This document shows positions 51,508 through 61,136 of a DNA stretch of 61,136 nucleotides, piece after piece (the stretch's first letter is position 1; each line of letters starts with the position of its first letter). The DNA is from Phoronis australis (lineage: Eukaryota; Animalia; Phoronida): positions 8,297-69,432 of the forward strand of contig NMRA01000834.1 of NCBI GenBank assembly GCA_002633005.1, read 5' to 3'. The translations under genes were made by a program, and so were the position numbers. The notes beneath the pieces were generated by a model that saw only the letters and a list, made by a program, of their open reading frames with translations, was not told where the DNA came from and made no database searches.

Positions 51508-53618
51508 ATTCACGTCATTTGCTCTTCCCATAAAAAATGCGACACGAGAGCGATTGAAACCGTGTGAACATGCACTTCAGCTGCCATCTTGAAAGTGACT
51601 TCCGGTTCAATAATTTTTTATAAAAGCTTATTAACTTCAACAAACACCTGACCAGTTTGAAAGTGATTGGTTTGCAAATGCACCCTCTACAGGAGAAAAC
51701 GTTTTTAGCCATATTTCGGGGTGCGCATGCGCCACGTCCAATATTTCCGCCATCTTTAACCGGAAGATTTTCAGCACAGTTATAGCACATGGGTTCTAGT
51801 ATAATCGTACTGATTTTGAGCCATGTACGTCGAAAAATGCGGCCTCTACGAGTATTTGACTGTGAAATCGGATACAAAATGGCCGCCATGTCCGCCATTT
51901 TGTATCCGATCATGACTAAAAACAATAGCGTTCCAGTACATCCCAATCTTCATGTTCTGTGCAAATTTCGTGAAAATCGGACGAAAATTGCGACCTGTAG
52001 AGTGCTAGTCTATTAAAAAGACACTTAATCCTGTTTTGACGATTTCAACCTATGCTCTTTTTGTCACCTGCTAATTAATACAGCATTGGCGTCAATATTC
52101 CAAGTTAAAGACAGGAATCAACTAAAAACTGAAAGCGCTCCGAGGAGCGAACCTTGGCGAAATTAACCAAAAAGATGACGATAAAGATGATGACAAAGAT
52201 GACGAATATGACGACGATGGGGAAAAAAGAAGTATTAATAACATACACATGGCGAACGTAGAGGTCCGAAATCAGTAAGAAAAAGGCTACAGTCTTGTGC
52301 GACACTTGGCGAAATTAACGGAAAAGACAATGACGGAGATGATGACGAAGATGACGAAAAATGAGGACGAATATGATGATGGTGGTGGCGATGATGAACA
52401 ACATCACAACATTCATATGACGAACTTAGATGTCATAAATCAATAAGAAATAGGCTACAGTCTAGTTCAAAAGAGGATATACCAACATCAATGCAGCAAG
52501 AGCACTCAACAAAGGAACAGCGTTATCAGAAAATCTCAAATAACTCGAAAAGTAGACGTCCTAGCGAAAAATGGAAAACATCTTCTGAAAGCCCGTTCAA
52601 AATTTTATCTAAACAGATGGTATCGCCTAATTCTGTAAATTTTTCGAAAAAAATGAAATTTTGCTTATTTTTTAAGAAATTCAAAGTCAAATAACTCGAA
52701 AACGGTAAGTCTGAGAAAAAAATTGTTACAGTTCATTTGAAAGAGTACACCTTAGAGAATCCACATGCAAAAATTCACGTCTTTTCCCTCACCCGTTTAA
52801 ATAGCATCTACGTACGACTGAAAATAAGTCAACATGCACAAGATCCGCCATCTTGAATGCAACTTCCGGTTTTTTGGGTTGATATAATAGCATTTCACAA
52901 AAAACTAATATTGGTAAAACTACAAAGGAATTGGCCTTATAGTGCGCCCTCTACAGGAGAAAACGTTTTTAGGCCAAAATTGAGGTGCGCATGCGCGANT
53001 TAGGCCAAAATCGAGGTGCGCATGCGCGATCGCCGATATTTCCGCCATCTTTAACCGGAAGTAAACAATTTCCGGCGTAGTTGTAGCAAACTTCCGGTCC
53101 ATTTACTGTGCCGATTCTTAGCCGGTTACGTAAAAAATTGTAGCCTCCAGAAGCATTTGAACCTTTAAATGGATAAAAAATGGCCGCCACAGCCGCCATC
53201 TTGGATCCGATTTTGACGAAAAACAATAGGCTTCCAGTACTTCCGGAAGTACGTGTTGTGTGTAAATTTCGTGATGATAGGACGAAAATTGCGACCTGTA
53301 TCGTGCGAACAAACAAAAAAATGAAAGCGCTCCGAGGAGCGAACCTTGGCGAAATTAACCAAAAAGATGACGATAAAGATGATGACAAAGATGACGAATA
53401 TGACAACGATGGTGAAAAAAAGAAGTATTAATAACATACACATGGCGAACGTAGAGGTCCGAAATCAGTAAGAAAAAGGCTACAGTCTTGTGCGACACTT
53501 GGCGAAATTAACGAAAAGACAACGACGGAGATGATGACGAAGATGACGAAGATGATGACGAATATGATGATGGTGGTGGCGATGATGAATACTTGGCGGA
53601 AGAATTCCGCCAAGTAAT
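51508..53618 (-). mobile_element. Further HINE units (partial A, B, partial B) ending in a perfect terminal hairpin
   Basis: Same motifs as the main array; ends tacttggcggaagaattccgccaagta at 53590-53616. Confidence 0.75.
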
Positions 53619-54889
53619 AATAGCACTGTGTGAATCTGTTGCACAGTGCAGTTCTTGTCTGCACAGCTTTTAGAAAAGCCCAGCAGTAATGACCTTATCC
53701 CACATCAGCCCAGTCAATTCTGAGAACATGCATATGTCATTACATAACTGTCTGTGATGTCAGATCAGGCAGCCAGCTGTGTATTGCAATGGCTAAGGCA
53801 GCCAACCCTCCAAAATTTTGCTTGCTTCACATGATAATTCCTTTTAACTCCATTTGTTGGCATAACTAAATTGGTTTTTGCCAACGAGATGCAAAGACCA
53901 CTGTATCACAGATAATAGAGCCTAATACAAAATATCACAGTTTTCATTTTTTTTTCATTTTCAGCAGTGAGTCAAGGATGTCGCCTTTTAACTTAATCAC
54001 ATATATAATTGAAATTTGAGTGGAGGTGGCAATCTCGATGATAGAATTACAAGTACATTTGAAATGGAAGTCTTTTGAACTTGGTTTTTTAAATTCATGT
54101 GTTAAACTATTGAAATAATAATACTCAAGGCATCAAGAAATATTACCTGAATATGCCAGTGAACACATTATTTCAGGCGTTCATTATGGCAAGCTAATTC
54201 TATCATGCTTTGGTCACTGAGTCATAGAAATCAAAGAACAAATCAGAGGATTATGATTTAATCCACAGTTCAAATTAAAACCAAGTGCTTTCAGTTGGAA
54301 TTATATATTTGGTTTCTACAGTGAAAGAATTTCACGGTAGTTGAAGGTTACATCTACTGTACACAAGTCAAAACTGAAATAACCTCAGTACAGTTAAGTT
54401 AATATGTAAGCCAAAATGACCTAATCTTTTACCAAAATAAGTAACTTAGATCATTTAACCATTACAAACGTTATCCAACAACATGACAAATTTACATGAT
54501 ATGAAAGTGGATATGCCTAACTATTACCATGGTGACCAGGTGTTTCCTTACATTAGAATTCGACCAGCATGATTTGAAAAAATAAGAAGTTGCATGGAAA
54601 AGGATTGGAGGCTGGAAGCTTCACAATCCATAGCCTATTACTCTAATAAAGAACCTTTACATTTTGTTGAATTAAGAAAGCAAAAAGTTTCAACGCATGT
54701 ATTAAAAGAACGATTCATACATAAAATTTAGAAAATTATGAATTATGTTGTGGCACATAAGCAAACCTTGAAGCGCAATTGACTGTCAAAGAAAAAACGA
54801 TTTCAAAACTTTTTCAACTATTTTTAAGCTCAGTGTATGGTCAACTGAATGGAATATTCACACTACAATAATTATTATATTGGTTTTAT

Positions 54890-55500
54890 TTTTTGCGCAA
54901 AATCATGACGGCGACATCCCGTTGCTCCCAACTTCTTCGATTCTATAGCCCAACAACAAGTAGCCAATATCTTACACGACGGATTAACTCAATTCTGTCA
55001 TTTATGGTTGGAGGGCTTGCGCTCTTTTGTTCGATATTTGCTTTAATCTCCGATCGGATTGTATCTAGACTGACTGGGCTGGGCGGATAAAGATGAAAGT
55101 TAAGTTATAACATATTTGAGCTTAAACCAATAGCATTTCTGAATTCCTCGTCAAATGCTGATCATGTTCCGTTTTTAAATCACCAAAATCGCCCAACTAC
55201 AACAGAAGTTAAGACAATCTATTCTGTCCAAACCGATTACCGACACACTGGGTTTGACTGTGTTCATACGCGTTCCCTAATAGTGTGCAACCACCATAGG
55301 TTTCCATTGAAGCCAGGGAGATAATTGGCCTGCTTGTTATCATATGGGACAACAGACTGAGGTGGGCAGTTAACAAAGGAGCCAGATGTTATGGCACATT
55401 CAGCACCCCTCATGTCTGGAAAATTTACTGAACGACAGAATGACAGAATGCTGTAATGCCATAAACATTGTGCAAAGTTGCTTTTTATAGCAGCTTCCAT
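54890..55500 (-). repeat. Inverted copy of the repeat at 37960-38525
   Basis: The reverse complement aligns by eye across about 560-600 bp. Confidence 0.8.
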
Positions 55501-58500
55501 CAAAATGTATCAAAGTTAAATCTTCACCAAGTACAAAATAGCCGACAGAACATGCGCTTCAGTTCAGCGGAAGTTGCCATGTCGTCAGTGCCACCGGAAA
55601 TGAGACTACTCGGTGAGTCCAATGGGAATTGTGAGCACTTGCTTCACTCAATAAGTAACATCTGCGTAACTGAAATCTAGTGAAAATTATTGAATCGCTC
55701 AGAATAGTAGATATTCTCACTAAATTTCATCATAAATTATTGGTGAAAATAATCAATACGCAGTTTTAAACTCGTAACTTATGTTGTCCGAGATGGTCGA
55801 CCCGATCCAAACAAATGACCCAAATTCCGCCACCAAAATTGCAATAAATTTGCACTGCTTAACCAGATGTTGATATTTTTTAATTTTTATTGAGTGCATT
55901 ATCTTTCCGATTTTATTAAAGTATTTTTGCAAATCAAAAAATTGGTTCGACAGCCTTACTCTTACTGTTCATTCAGTCCAGCTAGCGATCGACTAGGCTA
56001 AAATTCAACGGATTGCAATGATAGGCAACGAGCATAAAGCTATTCAGCACTACCACCTACAAACACTACCAGTAATGAGTATATGGGCAAAACCCGTACC
56101 GGGTAATTCAAAAGAAAAGCAATCTACTGGCTACTTCTAGCACTAATCCTGTCCGACAGTGTCCACCAATGCTATCCGCCATTTTGAATATTAAGGTTCA
56201 ATACTAGCTCAAGGCCCACAGCATGTACCGTTTCGAATACTCTCTAAAAGTTCATTCATCCTGGTTGACAACTATACTCTGATCGCAGGCTGTCATTCTC
56301 GAAGCAGCCATAGAAATATGTTCGATACATACTATTGAATATGGCGACACTCCACTCGTAGACTACACAGTCATCTCACTTGGGATGAAGTCTTGGATCA
56401 GTGTGAAACTTGTGCAAAGATAGCCCAGCCCTTGGCATATTACCACAACCTTCAACTACACAATGGTCAGGCATTCTTCTTCAAATATTTACTCCGGATT
56501 AAATCTAAAAATCTGTATAAATTTGAAAAAGTACTCCTCTTTGCACACAGTAATGGACTCTGTGGACAGACTTGGTAATGATCAGGTCACGTCCCGTTTC
56601 GGTACTTGTTGTGACGTTTTTCCAAAGATAAGCTGAACTTGAAAATTTTCTGTTACTCAAACTTTTTTAGGGAAGTGGGGCATATTTCAAAGAATATGGG
56701 GTATGAAATAAAAAGAAATGTGATTAAGTAAACATTATTAACAGTCAACACATGTGTATACACATAAACAGCTTTGAATCAATCATTTTAAATGAGACAA
56801 GGATCCATTTGGTGAAATCTTTTGAACTTCTCCAACAGTCTCACTAAGTGCCCATAGTCAGCACTAGAATAAAATTTACGCGTACATGCATCAACTCTAC
56901 TAAGCTCATTTTGACACTAGATAGGTCTTCGTAGCTGGCTAAAACTTGTTTAACCAGCCAGCTATCGGATGCTTAGCTGTATAAAATACAGTTTTGCACT
57001 GGGGTTTGCACCAATTTAGCTGCAACTTGTTTAGCATGAAGAGGAACTACGTTGACACTCTCACCCATCGAGACTTGACAACTCAACTGCCGCATTAATC
57101 AGCCGCCATCAGGTGTTGTAGTCAATTACATCACCCCAGGCTGCTGATTTTATTGTTCTCTTGATAATAAAACTCATTATAAACACATTGGGGGCCACAA
57201 CAATATTTTTTAATTTTTGATTTGAAGGGTTTTAAATAGCATATTTGAATAGTTTCTGAAAAAAAAATGTGATTTCAAAATTGGTTTCTGAATCTAATTT
57301 AGAGCCGAAGTTCCAAGGATTTGCCATACCCCTAATGCCAGTTGCCGATGCAGAAGTTGAAACAGCATACTTGAAGTGTAATCGATGGAGCAGCCAATTT
57401 GAAATAGCAGAATATACACATGATATACGCCAAAAGACTAGGACTGACCTGCCCTACAAATACCATCAATGTCGTTGAACATGCAAACCAGATAAAAGTT
57501 AGCGAAAACTTCCTTAGTTTTTTCACACTGTCCGTAGCAACTCGAATGAATGAATGAAAAATTATGAAAAATCCACCCAGGCCGAACGACATCATACCGT
57601 GAAAAATACGATTACACTGAAGTCACACATTTCTAAAGAATTTTCACCCCTTGTCCTTCAGAGAGGATCAAAGAGACCGCAGCACCGGAGTCTGCTATAC
57701 TTGTGATGACATCATTGTCTGCTACGAGGAAGACCCAATTAAGTGTAATTACCCAACCATAAACTGTAGTAACCACCTCTGCCTGTACATAATGACGAAT
57801 TTTCAAAATGCATGAACCAATAATTAAAAACGAACACAATGGGGATACTCAGCTGGAAAAACCAATCAAGTAAGGCTAAAAACTACAAACATTGGGTACG
57901 ATTGAAGATAAACGACCGTGCGTATTGACATACTCGGTGGATTTACAAACGCTGATCAGAGTTAACAATATCAATCTCGTTTAACCAGATTTTTTACTGG
58001 GAAACATTTGCATTTAACTTATGCTCACTCTTCATTTTTATGACTGACACTAAGCTACAATAGTCATGTAGTCAGTGCAACCAAAATTGTCCAGAGACTC
58101 CAAATCTTCAGTTTGCCTTATCACCATAATTGCACTTCGGTATATATTTTATGATTTTTAAAAATTCTAATAAAGATTTAACTTGAACAATTGACATGTG
58201 TAGTTTTGTTCCCTGTGAAATGTTTAGTGTAGCTGCAATCTGAAAAGTTCAGAGATGTGTTCACAATTAACTAATAAACTAAGTTTCGCTGGCGATCGAA
58301 GGTACCACTGTTCAAAATAGATATCAACCAGTTTCCAGTTAAAAAAATTAGACAACAGTATGAAAAATGAAATAATGAAAACCGTTATGAAACCTATTTT
58401 TAAAAAAACATCATTCCCTTGGGAAGTGGCCCTTGGTCAAGATAACACAAATTAAATTTTGAGTCATTTTGTAATGTTTAAAATGTACCAAGTTAAAACT

Positions 58501-58973
58501 ACTCTCCACAGTTGCAGGCTGTAACTCTGCAAATGCCAGAGAAAACCAATTTAGGTGTAATAACAACCACCATTGTTGAGACAGTAGTGCTAGCTATTAC
58601 CTTTCCACTTCATTAAATTAGCTCAGATCTCCATAAATACATGTACCAAGGGCAAGATAATAGGCATGGTAAAAGTTGTCTGGAGCTAAAGGAATTTGAG
58701 GTGTAACCAGTGTAAGCCAGAAATTCTGCATATGTATATTGATGCCCAAGAATGCAGTGAAAACTTCACGCGAAAGAAATGAAATGTTTCATCTAATGTT
58801 GGTTACGTATTTAATGACTAACTGAGGGCTCTTTACGGAATTAGATGATGATTAGGCGACTCGAGTTTGCTTTGTGTAGCACTGCCTGTCGTATATGGAA
58901 AAAGTAGGTCATCCAGTCACGTGCACAGCACCTGTTATTTCAGCTGCGAACCATGCCCGAATTACACTCTTAA

Positions 58974-59600
58974 AGGAGCATGCCACCCAAAAAACAACCT
59001 AATTTGTATCAATTTAGATAGAGCAGTTCTACTCCACAACGGCACGTACGGTTGCGTTACCTGACACCTGACGGCAGACGGAGGTGTTGAAATTATCCAA
59101 TGATGTCATCGGTTTCACACGCAGTCTGTTCAGCAGTTCACAACACGAGTTAGTGGTGTCAATTTATCTCTTGAAGTCATCGTTTAACACCAATAAATCA
59201 TCAAACTTCGATGTAAAACCCTTAAAAATACACCGAGTTCTTATAAAAACGTGTTGTTTTATTTCGCTCTTACGGATTTATTGGTATTTGGACACACCGT
59301 AGCCTACAAAGTTTGGCAGGCCAACTAGGTCCGTAGCAGGAGTTTGGGGTCTGTTTGGAGATAATTTTGAAGTATTTTCTGTGAGATACAGACAGGAGAA
59401 CCTAGATCTGTGTCGTTTAGACTTGTGATTTTTTTAGTTCTAAACACAAAAGGCTTCTTGTCCTGGCCAGTGGCTCGGAGCCCGATCAGGCCCGTCGCGG
59501 CCGCCCGGATGGACTGTCGTTGCCGCGGCCAATGGCTCGGAAACTGATCAGACGTCACGAACATAAACCAGCCAAAGTTCAGTGGAAACTAAACTTCCAG
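58974..59600. mobile_element. Possible end of another TTAA-targeting (Kolobok-like) non-autonomous element
   Basis: ttaa|aggagcatgccaccc resembles the TTAA|AGG terminus seen at 25707. No matching opposite TIR was found. Confidence 0.25.
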
Positions 59601-60254
59601 TCAAGAAAATACTATACTAGTGAGCCAAAGTAATGTGCATGTGATTATGTTGGTGAATTAGCCACGAAACTGCAAATCTACTTACTCGTCGGGGGCCGCG
59701 AATTCAGGTTCCGCTATGGCCACAGCAGCGCCATTGCAGAAGTTGTACATTGACAATCATTAATTGAGTAATGTAAATGTTAATAAAGATTCCCCTAACA
59801 CCTGGTCGTGGATGGAAATCGAGTTGTTTCATAACAGTTTCTGCCAGCAAACACTAAAATTTAATTAGCATGAGCTCACACGGCCTCGATGTCCGTCAAT
59901 TAATTTTATTGCACCTAAAGCCGGTAACGCAGTGATTTATTCATTGCCGGCTTTTCAAATCATTTGCACTCACGAACACTCCAAAGGCATTACAAATTGC
60001 ATCTAATGAGACTGACTTTGTTTCAGTTTTATATAAGTATTGGTTAGGGTGAGAATAATTCATTTTGAAACAGAACGCTCAGTAATAAACGCCAACCTGG
60101 CAACCGTCGCAATCCCGACTTAGGACAAGCTAGACCTCATCAGTCCCAACTTTGCTGGTGGATCGTTAAGTTTTACAGGTTATCAATTCGAACAGGAATA
60201 GACCGGGATCCCAGAGCTTTTTTGGGCATGAAAAGGTAACCAATTTTCTTTGGT

Positions 60255-60700
60255 GCCACAGTGCTCTATGGGTATCCTGATGCTTGGAAATGGCCGTCTG
60301 GCAGGTTCGCTCTGGTGGGTGTGGTCAGGGGAGCCAAGAGAATTACACTAAAAAATTGAGCTAGATCAACTTTTCTGGTAACCACTTAAAACTGCCTTCA
60401 ATACCTGCTACGTCATCCATTGTATCAAAATTGGTCACTGCCAGACAATTTCAGTGGTTGACAGGGGAGTACCCGCCAGATGAACATATACAGGGTACAA
60501 AAATTGAGCTAGATCAATCCAAGAGGTAACCCCCTAAAACCGTAAGCCCAGGTATCACGAATAAACACTGCCAGGCAAATCTAGTGGTGGGTTAGCCCCG
60601 CCAGACACGCCCAAGTACCTGAGTTGAGCTAGATCAACCCACCAGGAAACCGCTTGAAACCAATCGCCCGATTTTCAGCATCATTGAATGTGGCAAAACA
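60255..60700 (+). repeat. Third copy of the subunit repeat family (gagctagatcaac core, three times)
   Basis: Matches 13300-13800 directly and 17135-17660 in reverse complement. Confidence 0.75.
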
Positions 60701-61136
60701 GTAAGATGCCTCCATCAGACAAATAAAGAGTTGAAACAAAATTGATTATAAGCGCATTCACGCTGAATAAGCATCACAATCAGGAACCAGGCACTTCAAT
60801 TTTCAATACAGCCACTAAAACTGTACGACATAGGACACCGCACAAGGTGAGAGATTTTTGTCAGCAAGTTTATGTCAGGGCATGAAAACCAGAAAAATCG
60901 CGCCTGAGGTTGGAGCGACCTCACGAGTCCATGCGAAAACAGCGGATTACTCCACATAATTCACTATTAAAAACAAAACCTAAAAACCCGTCCAAGACGG
61001 ATATCACATTGTGTTTGCACTAATTTCCATTTTTCATTGTCCTATTTTACCAGTCTAAACTGCGTCCTTTTGTTTTCGGACGAGTCATTTGATGCAACTG
61101 CTAAAAGGAATAATAACCAAAATTCCGTCTTTTGCT

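Noticed and set aside
40275-53664. Dozens of 60-150 aa ORFs in the repeat arrays (MAATAAILDPILTKNNRL..., poly-I/poly-Y, DDED-rich)
   Set aside because: They occur on both strands, start and stop differently between copies, and derive from low-complexity GAT/GAC and TAA repeats. No domain is recognisable.
1-61136. tRNA, rRNA, prokaryotic operons or defence systems
   Set aside because: None recognised by eye. A tRNAscan-SE/Infernal run would be needed to exclude small RNAs formally.

Overview
This is eukaryotic DNA from an invertebrate animal: AT-rich, with GT-AG introns and dense repeats. It is not a prokaryotic window, and most short ORFs in the track are spurious. Two host genes can be supported. 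(1) A minus-strand, multi-exon hillarin/KY-like gene with a transglutaminase-like domain lacking the catalytic Cys and His. I rebuilt its exons by hand at 11168-11311, 10620-10702, 9468-9614 and 3677-5411, with possible 5' exons at 18543-18596 and 18088-18141. (2) A plus-strand, single-coding-exon, secreted Cys-rich protein of unknown family at 38613-39329. The rest is mostly mobile DNA: a deleted BEL/Pao LTR retrotransposon in a hillarin intron; solo LTRs; a decayed Polinton/Maverick (adintovirus-like) virion module (minor capsid, core protein, major capsid, protease); a CR1/L2-type LINE whose ORF2 starts with a mutated 2A StopGo motif; a TTAA-targeting Kolobok-like element with two convergent THAP-start ORFs inserted in that LINE; about 15 kb of head-to-tail non-autonomous Helentron/DINE-1-like (HINE) units; foldback MITEs; and a possible very old Academ-like element. 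I found no confirmed new system. The best leads are the secreted Cys-rich precursor, the symmetric THAP element, the endogenous virus module and the LINE 2A motif. All family calls come from motif recognition by eye, not from database searches.
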